Origin: an uncultured Nitrososphaeraceae archaeon
GTDB taxonomy: Archaea; Thermoproteota; Nitrososphaeria; Nitrososphaerales; Nitrososphaeraceae
NCBI GenBank assembly: GCA_963765895.1
Contig: CAVXZB010000084.1
Span: forward strand, 448,001-512,000
Reading direction: 5' to 3'
Length of the DNA stretch: 64,000 nt
In this document: piece after piece, positions 31,675 to 42,882 of the stretch
How positions within the stretch are numbered: the first letter of the stretch is position 1
How the letters are laid out: the number at the start of each line of letters is the position of its first letter
Position numbers and translations under genes: made by a program
The notes under the pieces: generated by a model
Told to the model about the DNA's origin: nothing
What the model saw: the letters and a program-made list of their open reading frames with translations, nothing else
Databases searched by the model: none

Positions 31675-32940
31675 TCAATAAAGCCAAGTTACAGCAAAAA
31701 TAATGCAAGAGTTTGTATAGAATATCAATTTTAATGAAAAAATTATTAGTCCTAATATAATAGCCAGAAAAAAGGAGACTTTTATTGTACTGCCCCAAAG
31801 CTCAGCTCCTGTTGCATTTGCTGGTTGTTCTAACGGCTGCAATCCTTTCTCTTTCAGAACTGCATCGAGTACCTTTGTATCAAATATCCCAGATAAATCA
31901 GGACGTTGTTTACCAAGATATCCTACATCAAATGCGTTATTTGCAGATTGTAATAATGCCAACTTTAGAGGATCGTAAGTAAAGTCTATCCTAGATAGAC
32001 TTGCCTTCAACTCATCTTCTGGTATAGCTTTTCCTGTAATCTTCTTGATCCCTTCATTTAATAATTTTGCAGCTTCTTCTTTATGACTATTAATCCATAA
32101 AGTTTCATTTACATTAGCCGCTAATAGTTTCTTTATAACGTCAGGGTTACTTTGGAGATAGTCTGTTCTTGCAACTATATTATTAGTTACAAACTTGCCT
32201 TGAGGCCACAAGTCCCTTTCATCTAGTAATATCTTTCCGCCACCTTCCTTTACCAATCTATCTCCCCATGGTTCTGGTACCCAAGCTCCATCGAGCTGTT
32301 TCTTCTGGAATAAGATCAGAGTATCTGCATTTGTTACTGGAACAACTGTTACATTCCCACCATTTTCTGTTGTTTTATATCCATGATCTAAAAGATACTT
32401 TCTCAATGCCACGTCTTGTGTATTACCGAGCTGAGGTGAGGCAAATTTCTTGCCTGCAAAATCTCTAGGAGAATGGATGCCTGAATCATTTCGAATAACA
32501 AATACAGCTCCACCACTTGCCGCTCCAGATATGATTCTTAAATCCTTCCCTCCGGATGCTATATAACCATTGATTGCAGGATTGGAACCAACGTATGTGG
32601 CATCTATCCGCTTTGCCAGAAGAGCTTCTATAGCTGATGGGCCAGCATTAAATGTAATTGTTTGAACATCAATGTTATCTCCAAATTGTTTTTCAAAGTC
32701 CCCCGTTTGAAATCCTATTATTGCTTGAGCATGATTAACATTCGGAAAATATCCTATCCTTAACACCTTCTTTTGTGTCGATGCTCCTTGTGCATATGCA
32801 AAGTTGTGGTATGCAAGCGAAGAGACCAAAGCTGTAGATGAGACTATAAGTAGAAAAATAGATAATGCCATAATGCGTTTAGCTATTCTAGAACTTCTAA
32901 AATTTGCTGTTGATCTTGAATTTATTTTAGCTGTTTTCAT
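31675..32940 (-). CDS. ABC substrate-binding protein, SsuA/NitT/TauT (sulfonate) family
   Basis: LRIGYFPNVNHAQA, FNAGP, ASPQLGNTQDVALR, WVPEPW; C-terminal tail possibly frameshifted. Confidence 0.88.
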   Translation of the reverse strand: MKTAKINSRSTANFRSSRIAKRIMALSIFLLIVSSTALVSSLAYHNFAYAQGASTQKKVLRIGYFPNVNHAQAIIGFQTGDFEKQFGDNIDVQTITFNAGPSAIEALLAKRIDATYVGSNPAINGYIASGGKDLRIISGAASGGAVFVIRNDSGIHSPRDFAGKKFASPQLGNTQDVALRKYLLDHGYKTTENGGNVTVVPVTNADTLILFQKKQLDGAWVPEPWGDRLVKEGGGKILLDERDLWPQGKFVTNNIVARTDYLQSNPDVIKKLLAANVNETLWINSHKEEAAKLLNEGIKKITGKAIPEDELKASLSRIDFTYDPLKLALLQSANNAFDVGYLGKQRPDLSGIFDTKVLDAVLKEKGLQPLEQPANATGAELWGSTIKVSFFLAIILGLIIFSLKLIFYTNSCIIFAVTWLY

Positions 32941-33322
32941 TCATCAAACAACCTGCTGATAGATATATTACTGCTTTTGAATATGTAGAAATTCGAGATT
33001 ATACGCAAAACTTTCACATATCTTGAACAGTAATACAAGGACTGATCGCCAATGGATTATTTGCCAATTCATAGGAATTAGACAAAATAATCTTGAATCT
33101 AAGCGTACTCTTATCGAGCTTTGTCTAGAAGTTATCAGTGTATGATAAAGTGAGAAAGAATTAGCAGAGTTGCCTAATTTATAAAAAGATATCATATTTA
33201 GAAAATATGAACTATTGCAAAATAATTGCTAAGCTTCTTTAAAAACATAATTTATAGATTTATTAATAAAGACCAAATCTACAATAAGAAAATTTGCTAA
33301 TAGATGCAATATATCCAAGTAA

Positions 33323-33577
33323 TTATGAGTTGCTAAATAATAACCAGTATTTTTTGCCACCGAATTTGGCTCGACAAAAGTTTCGAAATAGATTCTTGAG
33401 GCTATGACATGGTTTACATAAAAGTTGGTACTCTCTAGAATAAGGATCTATTTCCTTTGGAATTACATGATCCAAAGTCAGATCTGAATATTCTGTTCCG
33501 AATTCGAGCTTGCATTTTGCGCATTTTCTTCCAACCTTTCTTATCAAAGAATTTCTTCGTCTTAGATTGGTATTCAA
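33323..33577 (-). CDS. Small HNH endonuclease
   Basis: CAKC, LTLDHVIP, QLLCKPCHSLK. Confidence 0.75.
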   Translation of the reverse strand: MNTNLRRRNSLIRKVGRKCAKCKLEFGTEYSDLTLDHVIPKEIDPYSREYQLLCKPCHSLKNLFRNFCRAKFGGKKYWLLFSNS

Positions 33578-33789
33578 TGTATTCTAGCCTTAATCGATGT
33601 CCGTTACTTTTAAAATCTTCGCTTTGGCCATATACTGATCTCCATCTCCATATCGATCAAAAAAATACATTTGTTCTACTAGGTCGATTTTGCGGCAGTC
33701 TCGATTACACGAACTTGATTACAATATATAGCGGTGCTGTAGCTAGACAGGTTATTAAACGAATTTACAAATAATCATCCTATAGCTCT

Positions 33790-34148
33790 ATCACAAGTTG
33801 ACAACATAGTTGATCTTGGTTATCTGGTATTGAAAGGACTTTCCCACAGTAAACTTTGTAATCATATCAAGAAGAAAAAGAATACTTTGCTTTCAAATGA
33901 CGATATGAAATATAACAAGAATCACTCAAGACTTAGGATCATAGTGGAACACACCATATGTAAGACCAAAAAGTTTGGAATAATGTGTAGATTCAGAAAT
34001 AATTTAAGAAGGTACAATAACATATCTGATATTGTGTCCGGTTTCCTGAACTTCAGAGTGATGCAGTCTAACAGGATTTTCAATTTAGGAATACAGTCAA
34101 AATAGGCAGCATAAATGGATCATAACGGCTAATTACGCAAGGGATCTT
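33790..34148 (+). mobile_element. IS5-superfamily (DDE_Tnp_4 / ISL2-like) 3' remnant
   Basis: VDLGYL, YNKNHSRLRIIVEHTICKTKKFGIM, RFRN, IVSGFLN; possible TIR GCAAGGGATCT near 34137. Confidence 0.75.
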
Positions 34149-34152
34149 ATAT

Positions 34153-34980
34153 TTATTTGCTAGAATACACCCGTTTAAAAATGTGCCTATAATATAGGAC
34201 TATCTCCTGATAGATCAATTTCTTTAGTGAACGATTATTAGACGGTGAATCGGGAGAAGTACGTTTGAACAATCCTTGGATAGGTACTATGGCAGGATGT
34301 ACTTCATCGAATGTTCTACATAGGCTATTAATTTTGTTCTTTGTTTCAGTATAGTCAGTTAATTTTGATTGCTTATTTTCATCTTTCACATAACCTTGGC
34401 TAATAGTTTGGCAAAGCTGATTGACGTCAGTGATAATTTGAGGCTCTAGAACGTCATTTAAGAAAAACATTACATTTTTAATGTCATTTACTACACGAGA
34501 GATTATTTCGTAGCTTCTATTAATTTGATCTTTTATATTATCACGATTTTTTGTATCGCTGGCATACATAGGTTCTAGCCTATTTACCAACGACATTGAA
34601 AACAGTAACGTAGTAAAGTGATTCTTCAATGACTGAATTGCAAATTCTTTTCTCCTTTTTCTCATGGCATCATGTTCTTCAACTATTATTTTTAATTTTA
34701 GACTCTGTTTGTGAGCTAGATGATGAAAAAATACACCTAAGAAAGCGGCTATTAAACCATCAATAATCAAGTGAGACCAAGCAGATAGATCACATCCATA
34801 TTTAATAGAAAATATTGGACAGTCATTGTTAGCATTAGATGATGTAGCCAAAGCTTGACTAGCAAAATATAACGATTGTACAAGAAACACCATAGCAATA
34901 CTTAATGCAATCACTATTATCCCATTCATTACTTGATTATACGATCGTGTTGAATTGGTAGTAAAGGTCAATAAAATCAC
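34153..34980 (-). CDS. Hypothetical membrane protein (2 TM, helical cytoplasmic part)
   Basis: 275-aa ORF co-oriented immediately after the HK-REC pair. Confidence 0.7.
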   Translation of the reverse strand: MILLTFTTNSTRSYNQVMNGIIVIALSIAMVFLVQSLYFASQALATSSNANNDCPIFSIKYGCDLSAWSHLIIDGLIAAFLGVFFHHLAHKQSLKLKIIVEEHDAMRKRRKEFAIQSLKNHFTTLLFSMSLVNRLEPMYASDTKNRDNIKDQINRSYEIISRVVNDIKNVMFFLNDVLEPQIITDVNQLCQTISQGYVKDENKQSKLTDYTETKNKINSLCRTFDEVHPAIVPIQGLFKRTSPDSPSNNRSLKKLIYQEIVLYYRHIFKRVYSSK

Positions 34981-35003
34981 ATTACAAAACTTTCGATATC
35001 ATA

Positions 35004-35366
35004 TTAAACTTGCACCTGCTCTAGTTTCTCTAAAAGAAAATCCAGATCCACAGGTTTTCTTATACAAGAATGAACTCCTTTTTTAACAAGTTCTTCTATT
35101 TCTGAATCTATTACTGATGAAGCAGTAAATACTATAATTTTTTGTTTAGTTAAAAGTCCCTCCTTCAGAAGCGAATTAATTACATCAAATCCACTGAATT
35201 CAGGCATAGCTAAATCTAGCAGTACGATATCGAATTTTTTTTCGCGAATGAATTTTAGCCCTTCAGTTCCATTCTTTACATAGATAAATTCATGGCCACT
35301 TCCATTTAAGACTGTGTCAAGCAGTTCATTTATGTCTGTGTTATCGTCTATTCCCAGTATTTTCAT
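35004..35366 (-). CDS. Stand-alone response regulator (REC)
   Basis: GIDDN, LLDLAMPEFSG, FTAS, RKP; 4-bp overlap with the kinase. Confidence 0.93.
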   Translation of the reverse strand: MKILGIDDNTDINELLDTVLNGSGHEFIYVKNGTEGLKFIREKKFDIVLLDLAMPEFSGFDVINSLLKEGLLTKQKIIVFTASSVIDSEIEELVKKGVHSCIRKPVDLDFLLEKLEQVQV

Positions 35367-37324
35367 TTAGCTTCTTCTCTGACATCCATTACTTTTTCGC
35401 TCATTACTTTTTCGCTCATTGTTGTATTAGTTCTGTCATTTGGAATGGTGAAATAAAAGCTTGCTCCCTTTCCTAATTCGCTTTCAATCCATATCTTACC
35501 TCCTAATGATTCAATGATCCCTTTTGAGATTGCTAAGCCCAGGCCTGATCCTCCATGTTTCCTAGTCACTGAAGTGTCGATCTGGTAAAATTTATGGAAA
35601 AGATTCTTTTGTTTTTCAGGTGATATTCCTGTTCCGTTATCCTTTACATAGAAGAGTACGTCATCATCTTTACTTTGAGCACCATATTCGATTTCACCAC
35701 CTTCAGAAGGAACAAAATCGACTGCGTTAAGAATAAGGTTATTTAAAACTTGCTCTATTCTATTTCTATCTGATCTGATAGTAAGTTGCTCTTTTGTAGA
35801 GTTTATTTGTCTAATATTCTTTTGAGCCATTACATTTTGAAGGTTATTATACATATAGTTTAATAGATCATCGACATTTATAGGTTGACTATCAAACTTC
35901 ATTCTATTAAGATCAAGTTTTTGCACATCTAATATATCTCCAACTAACTGAAGTAGTCTTTTTGCATTCCTTTGAATTACATCTACTGCATTAAGTTGTT
36001 TGCTATTTAACTGTCCTATCAATTTTGGATTCTTTAGAGTCTGACACCATCCAATAATAGGAGTAAGGGGAGATTTTAATTCATGTGTAACCATCGAAGC
36101 AAATTCGTCTTTTTGTTTTTCAGTAGCATTTACTCTTTCTATCATTTCGTTAAATGCATCTATAACTTGGTTGATTTCCTTGTCCTTGCCTGTAGGATTT
36201 ATTCTTTGTAAGTCACTTACATCTTGGTTTCTACATTTCCTTGCAAAGTCTATGATGGGGCGAGTAATTCTATTTGATAGTATATATACTGCTATTAATC
36301 CACCAGCAATTACACCAAGAGATATTACCAATAGGATGACGGCAAGATTATGCAAGTTATAGTTATCAGACATCATTAATGAATATGGTTTTTCGTAAGC
36401 TAAAATCCAACCGAACATAGGTAATCGTTTGTAGACAATATAATGCAATTCTCCATTTGCAGAATACGTTACATGACCGGTATTTGTACTATTATCACTA
36501 GCTAAAATATTTCGGATGTCTTTATTAAATTCAGAAGATGCTGAAATAGTACTTATCGAAGGAAAAAAGTCTTTTGGAGACTGGCGAAAAGGTGCTGAAT
36601 TTAGACTTTGGTTGTAAACATGACCTGAGTCAGCTACCAAGTATCCTCTAGGATCAACCACATAAGCCCTACCTTGATCGACTCTGGTCATATCCTGAAA
36701 AGATTTTAGAGGCATTTCAAAATGATAAAACGCAGGTTTTGAACCGTCGTTAAGCACTATTGGAGTAGTATATGCAAAAACCCATCTTTTAGTATCAGGT
36801 GAGACATAAGGATACTGCGAATATACCTCATTAATATTTTTCTGAAACGACGGTTTAAAGAATGGCGTAGCTGCTTCTTTAGATGAGAGACTACTAAAGG
36901 GTGCGATTGTCTTCATAACCAATCTAGTGTGTTCTTGCCCTGTCCTATCTACTAAACATGTCTCGTCTACAGAGAACTTGTTCTGAAAGTCATAAATCCA
37001 CTGGTCAAGTTCGTTCTTGACGATTCTCTGTTGTGCTGTAAACTGTAGTACACCATCTTTGTATATATTTCCTGCCCGAGTATCAGGTAATTCAAAATAT
37101 TTTACAAATACCGGATTTTTGACCGCAAATAGCAAATCCTCTGAAGCTCTGGAATTAAGATTATCAATTAAATTCGCTTTGATTTCTACTTCATGACCCA
37201 TTTGTCGAAGTTGAGATTCTATTATTGCTGATTCAAGAGATTTGAAAGATATATATGAAGTAGATACAACTGCAGCGATAATAACTATTGAAAACATTAT
37301 AATTAGCTTTAATTTTATACGCAT
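35363..37324 (-). CDS. Sensor histidine kinase (dCache-like, HAMP, HisKA, HATPase)
   Basis: VTHELKSP, NLILNAVDF, DNGTG, GGSGLGL; MSEKV 15-bp duplication at the C-terminus. Confidence 0.95.
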   Translation of the reverse strand: MRIKLKLIIMFSIVIIAAVVSTSYISFKSLESAIIESQLRQMGHEVEIKANLIDNLNSRASEDLLFAVKNPVFVKYFELPDTRAGNIYKDGVLQFTAQQRIVKNELDQWIYDFQNKFSVDETCLVDRTGQEHTRLVMKTIAPFSSLSSKEAATPFFKPSFQKNINEVYSQYPYVSPDTKRWVFAYTTPIVLNDGSKPAFYHFEMPLKSFQDMTRVDQGRAYVVDPRGYLVADSGHVYNQSLNSAPFRQSPKDFFPSISTISASSEFNKDIRNILASDNSTNTGHVTYSANGELHYIVYKRLPMFGWILAYEKPYSLMMSDNYNLHNLAVILLVISLGVIAGGLIAVYILSNRITRPIIDFARKCRNQDVSDLQRINPTGKDKEINQVIDAFNEMIERVNATEKQKDEFASMVTHELKSPLTPIIGWCQTLKNPKLIGQLNSKQLNAVDVIQRNAKRLLQLVGDILDVQKLDLNRMKFDSQPINVDDLLNYMYNNLQNVMAQKNIRQINSTKEQLTIRSDRNRIEQVLNNLILNAVDFVPSEGGEIEYGAQSKDDDVLFYVKDNGTGISPEKQKNLFHKFYQIDTSVTRKHGGSGLGLAISKGIIESLGGKIWIESELGKGASFYFTIPNDRTNTTMSEKVMSEKVMDVREEAK

Positions 37325-37934
37325 AATTGTAAGTCTTGTAGAAGATTCTTAAACCTTTCTCTTAAATTTAGATTTTAAGGATTGTTGAATACTGATGAGT
37401 CTAATTATAGTCATTTTCTAGTATTAAGTAACAAGAAAGGCATATAATTAAACACCACAGGATTTTAACATAGTTTATGAACGGTATGGCGTATTACCAC
37501 TAGTTGCTATCAGACAGAATATCAATTGGCGTTTCACCTCATTTCAAAATTCATGAGCACAGTTTATCGGAAGACCAGAGGAAGCTCAGGCATAAACGAA
37601 TGAGCTCAGACAGCTGTTATCGCGATAAGAGGAACAAAAGTCAGCTTTTGTAGCTAGCATTGCAACTATTGTAGAGGCTACCAAAACATTATCATTTGGA
37701 TAAAGATTGTGAAACTTCTACTCCTTAATTGGCAACTCTAAATTTTGCAGACCATGGCTAAGCCAATACTTTTACCCACATAAGTTGGTATTCTCAAAGA
37801 ACTAGTAAATAGATTATAGAGAATTGGACGAGTTTCGAATGCAGAACAAATTATTATAAATTTCTTTCAAATCATATTTCATTTATCCTACAAGAAAATC
37901 CATATGCTATGAAAATGCCTGGAAGTCAAAATGC

Positions 37935-38423
37935 TTATTTGAATTTTTCTATAATCGATCTGTGTTGAGGATAGGTATGCACGAGATTGGTTATATTTGC
38001 CAACTCCCAATCGTGATAATTAAATCCTGGAGATACTGTACATCCAATTAGAGAATAAGAAGAAGGATCATTTACAAATGCCGCAAACCAACAGCCGGAT
38101 TCTATAACCTTTTGAAATACCTCATTATTGTCAATATTTTGTCCCAGTCTAATTTCGTCTAGGGAGCCATTCCTATGAATAATGTATAATGTTAGACTGC
38201 TGCCAGCATAGAAATGCCATATTTCATCTGATTTCATTCTATGGAATGAGGAAAATTGATTTCCCAATAGTAAATAATAGATTGCCGTGCAAATGTAACG
38301 ATCTCCATCATAATCGTCAAAATTTACTATCCTTCGGGATTTGTACGTTTCAATAAAGTATCCCCCTTCAGGATGTTCTTGAAGTCTAAGTTTATCAATC
38401 CAGTAATTGGCATCTTTATTCAT
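37935..38423 (-). CDS. Cupin_5 (DUF985) protein
   Basis: HPEGGYFIETY, TAIYYLL, SDEIWHFYAG, CTVSPGF. Confidence 0.92.
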   Translation of the reverse strand: MNKDANYWIDKLRLQEHPEGGYFIETYKSRRIVNFDDYDGDRYICTAIYYLLLGNQFSSFHRMKSDEIWHFYAGSSLTLYIIHRNGSLDEIRLGQNIDNNEVFQKVIESGCWFAAFVNDPSSYSLIGCTVSPGFNYHDWELANITNLVHTYPQHRSIIEKFK

Positions 38424-38885
38424 AATTCTGCATAAAACCCTAAATGTTATATTGATTTTAGGCTAACAAATGAATCTAAAGGTCCTGAATATCTTATGAA
38501 AGATGGATTTAATACTCGTGCCTCTATGCTCAGTTGTACGTGGTTTATGGTCAGAAGGGAATTGTCATACTTGGAAATTGAAGGTGAACTCGTCGAGTCC
38601 TGTTAGCTTGAGATTAATATACATCGATTGTTTTATAAATCCCTATCTCTTTTTGATTACGAAAACATAGCGTACAAATTTCTCAGATTCTTTCTTTTGA
38701 ATTTCCCCAAACTGATGTCAAAATACTTAAATGACGAGTGATATCATTGGCGATTATTTTGCGATTAGATTTATAAAATGATCACTATTCTGAAATTGTT
38801 CTGCCTGCCAGTCTCATTTCGTTCCAAATCAATTAACAACATCTAAACTAGTCCATATCTAGACTTGAGTTGATCTTACTGTGCC

Positions 38886-39291
38886 TTACTCATTCTCCGA
38901 TTACCTGCTGAAACAAGGTACGAGTCTACATTAGCTCGAACCTCTTTGACAATACCATTGGCGAATCTGAGTATCCAGCAGTAAGTATTCGGCCATGGTT
39001 TCCCCCTTGAGTGTAGTGGAAGTCGAAGTCATTTCTACTACAGCAATATCCTCTGAAACAAAGATTTGAGTAACTTGAAGTATACTCCTCCTTTTAGAAC
39101 TCTAGTCAAGCGTTAAAAAGTATCTTCAAGAAGTTGGCCTTGCTATTATAAACTCCAGCCAGTGGATGTGTTTCCCATGACCGTCCAATTTACGTCATCA
39201 GCTACGCTAATAAAAAAGGCAACTATGTTACTACGTTACTATCTGAAAAACTTATAAAAAGATTTTCTACAAATTCAACTGTTATTGGCAT
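38886..39291 (-). pseudogene. Ketosteroid-isomerase/SnoaL-like remnant
   Basis: VADDVNWTVMG, HPLAGVY, NTYCWILRFANGIVKEVRA in broken frames. Confidence 0.8.
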
Positions 39292-39920
39292 AGTCTTGCT
39301 ACCCTATATCTATGCCCACGTATATTAATAGTGTATATTAGTAGTCCGATTATATATAAGATTCGGCTGAAATGAACTTAAATTCATTTTTAAGTTACTT
39401 GATTCTAAGAAAGGTATCATATTATCTTGGCATATCGATCCTAATTGGAAAGCTATAGCTCTCCGCAATGGCGCGAATAAGTACGAATGCACTAGTAACT
39501 CCAATTACAAGTTCGCATAAATCTTATTTGTCTGGCTGATTAAGGTCTTCATAATCCAAATCCTTTCAGATCGGATAGATAGTCCATTGAGATAACTAAC
39601 TAACACCAGATTTTTGCAATATTAAGTATTGACATGGAAAGCGTTGAGTACTATATACAGGCATAAACTTTCATTCTCTACCAGTCTGGATATTTTTCTT
39701 TTCTCGTATATCATCGTTAACTAGTTATTTAACAAAGGATCATGCATTCAGATGATTATCTCAAATAATTTCGTAATAATAGTTGGTGATATTTTCTCAG
39801 TTGATGAAATGAATCGTAATAGGATCTGTTAGCTCAAGATATAGATTTAAAATTAATGAATCGTTAACATATATCGACAGGAGATTGACGAAAAAGTTGT
39901 TATTTTGTTCTTTATGCTAA

Positions 39921-40385
39921 TTACTGGGTAGAAATATTATTCTCTAAAGCTGCTATTGTAGCTATTTTTCGGTGTTCAAAAATGTTTTGTAGATGCTTGT
40001 TTGCATAGCCTTCGAAAAGCCTTCCAAATATCCAATATGGCAATTCAAACTCAATTTTATCTAATATCGTAGTTTGCTTTCCATCATGATCATAAAAGAT
40101 ATGCCTATGTTTCCACCTTTTGAATGGACCTTCCAGCATCTCATCTATATATTCATAAGGTTTGAATAAGGTAATTTTCGAATGCCATCTTGACCTTTTT
40201 TTAGTAATTATTTTTCCACTGAGCCATATCTCTTGTCCTTCAACGATATTTTGGCTAGTTGTATTAATTATTTGGATATCTACTTCTAGAGGAGTTATTA
40301 GCTTTAAGTGTTTGACTTCAGTGTAAAAACTCCAGACTTTGTCTATATGGCAATTTACAACAAATGTATGAGTAAATACCCGCAT
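39921..40385 (-). CDS. SRPBCC-family protein
   Basis: VWSFY...LKLITP, DEMLEGPFKRWKHRH, IFEHR. Confidence 0.88.
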   Translation of the reverse strand: MRVFTHTFVVNCHIDKVWSFYTEVKHLKLITPLEVDIQIINTTSQNIVEGQEIWLSGKIITKKRSRWHSKITLFKPYEYIDEMLEGPFKRWKHRHIFYDHDGKQTTILDKIEFELPYWIFGRLFEGYANKHLQNIFEHRKIATIAALENNISTQ

Positions 40386-40989
40386 AAGTAAGAAGATTAA
40401 GTGTATAATAATTAATAGCAATATCGTTTTTGGATTTCTTCAAACCATATTTCAGATGGACTAGGCGAATATAAACATTCAAATGATGACTTCATATTTA
40501 AATATCTCCCCTACTTTACCACACTGCACGCTAGACTAGGAAGTTTGGCACATATGTCTACAAGTCATATACAAGGGATAAAAAATGCTGGAATTTATTC
40601 TGTATACTTTGTTGCAATAGGAGAGAAATGGTACAAGGGAAATTCTATTAGCCATGCAACCTATGCTCGTACGATTCATGATGAAGTTCTAGTAAAGCAA
40701 AATGATGGTGGAATTATTATCACCTGAAGTTTGTAATACTGCAGGAAAAATATCCCCTTGCATCCTCTGGTACCAGTTGACTGGCAAAATCGAAATACAA
40801 CCCCCTACGGCCTCCTGATTAAGAAGAACTAAAGATTAATCTTAAGACTTTATTAGATTGATTTCCCCCGATTAATTTACTGAAGTCAGATGTTTGGTTA
40901 TCCTGTATTGCTCGTCAGTAACCTTTTCCATCCAGCCTGACATATTGTCGTCAACCTATTCCTGAATAGCCATAGTTTGTCATGCCCAG

Positions 40990-41265
40990 TTAATGTGATT
41001 TGAGCGAAGCCATATCAATAGAAAAGCGATACTTTACATCCGCATGAGAAAGTCTCTCATAAGCCTCGTTGACCAGGCTTACAAGAGTCATTGCCTGCAT
41101 ACTAGGCGCTAGTCCACGGAACGAAGTTTTCATTGCTAAATAATTGTGCATCGTTAGCGCGGTATCACGAACTTCCTTTAAAAGTTTAAAATGCTTGATT
41201 ACTACGTCAATGTATTCTTGGACAGTGTCCTTTTTCCCGTAAAGCCTCATAAGACCAGTTCTCAT
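40990..41265 (-). pseudogene. Chimeric remnant: TFB-like cyclin repeat joined to a Zn-alcohol dehydrogenase C-terminus
   Basis: EVRDTAL...FRGLAPSMQA then VNEAYERLSHADVKYRFSIDMASL. Confidence 0.55.
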
Positions 41266-41934
41266 TTACATCCTAAGATAGAATTATCGCATGGATACAT
41301 AATTAGATTGCGTAGGTTATAAGGCAAAAAAGTTCTTTCATTTTTTTAGTCAAATATGCTGAACTTTTGCGAGTCAACCTGCTTCCGCTTCTTTTGAATT
41401 TCTTTGTATATCATTTTCTTAATAATGCTGAACGTCAGTTCTTTTTTCATTTGCAACTAATATATTCTATCGGTATTGGTTTCTAAGAGTAAGAAAGTAT
41501 AGGTAGAGGTACTCCATGCTTACCACTATTTGGTATTAAGTTATGGTTGTTAGTTATCCTAATGGAGTCAAACACGCCTCATTAGTGAGGAGTTATTCGA
41601 AGCACAAATATTCTGGTCCACCTTTTACCACTCCGATGTCATCAACACAATCAAGAATGATGACACGTAACTTAGAAAGGAATCTATTAAGGGTTACATC
41701 TATTGTGTTCTATAATTCATTTTCCTGCTGAACTTTCTCAGTATAGACGAGGCCTTTAAGATGGAGCCAGCAGGCCACTAAAATCTAAATTACCTTGAGT
41801 ACAATATCTGTGTAAAAATAACAGGGAAAATGCAAGTCATGCTCGAATATCCCATTGAACTTCAGCCGCTTGTCACCCTACGTCCTAAACATGGAATAAA
41901 AATGAAATTAAAAGATAGAAATAATGCCTGACAT

Positions 41935-42882
41935 GGCTGTGTAGAAACCATCTCATACAGTCAAAGCTTTGTAAGAGTATAATACCAATAGTCTATTGAA
42001 AGAATCAATGTACGTCAGACTTGCAGGTACTATGTTCCGTGTTTTGAAGCATGCAAGGATTCCTCTATTTTCTAACAGGAAAAGTAATCACATATTTACA
42101 ATATGGCAGCACATAGTTCTAGTTGCTATACGACAGTATGAAGGTAAGAGTTATAGAATGTTTGTCGAGTGGTTAATTGAAGCCTATTACCTAAGGTCAT
42201 TTCTACGGTTGTCACGTATTCCTCATTTTACAACATTGCAAAAGTTTACAGATAGAATTAATAATTCATTGCTTGAAAAGATAATTTCGTCATTCATTGT
42301 AATTAGTGGTACCAAGCATATCTTTGCAGGAATAGATTCAACAGGATTTAAGATAACTCATGCATCACAATATTATACTGATCGAACAGAATTGAGAAGA
42401 AAATATGCGAAATTATCTATTGGAGTAGATGTATTACAACAAATCATATGTACAATTAAGATAAGACGAGCTCCAACAAGGCATGATAATGTAGATTTCA
42501 GGCCAATTATAACAAGGACATCAAATATTCTTCCATTATCTGTAGTTACAGCTGATAAGGGTTACGATAGTGAAGATAATCACCTTCTCGTAAGAGAGGA
42601 CTTACATGCATTCAGTATTATTCCTGCTCGATATGAACATGTACCGATGTGGAGAACACATGGTAAGTACAGAAAGCAGATGAAGCGTGGTTACTCCAAA
42701 TTGCTGTACAATCAACGAAACAAAGATGAAACCATAATATCAGTCATAAAACGACTATTTGGAGAGAATCTTATGTCTAGATTGACTAGAATGCAGAACA
42801 GAGAGTTATCATTTAGATGTATCACCTACAATATGCATAGACTGACTAATCTTGTAATATTGATGATGTTTTCTACATAGCC
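41935..42882 (+). mobile_element. Intact IS5-family insertion sequence, 948 bp
   Basis: TIRs GGCTGTGTAGAAACCATC / GATGTTTTCTACATAGCC (16/18 match); 9-bp TSD GCCTGACAT at 41926-41934 and 42883-42891. Confidence 0.95.
41996..42880 (+). CDS. IS5-family DDE transposase
   Basis: IDSTG, ADKGYDS, YNQRNKDETIISVIKR. Confidence 0.95.
   Translation: MKESMYVRLAGTMFRVLKHARIPLFSNRKSNHIFTIWQHIVLVAIRQYEGKSYRMFVEWLIEAYYLRSFLRLSRIPHFTTLQKFTDRINNSLLEKIISSFIVISGTKHIFAGIDSTGFKITHASQYYTDRTELRRKYAKLSIGVDVLQQIICTIKIRRAPTRHDNVDFRPIITRTSNILPLSVVTADKGYDSEDNHLLVREDLHAFSIIPARYEHVPMWRTHGKYRKQMKRGYSKLLYNQRNKDETIISVIKRLFGENLMSRLTRMQNRELSFRCITYNMHRLTNLVILMMFST

Noticed and set aside
33728-33750. GCGGTGCTGTAGCTAGAC as an IS end
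   Set aside because: No matching partner end or TSD found
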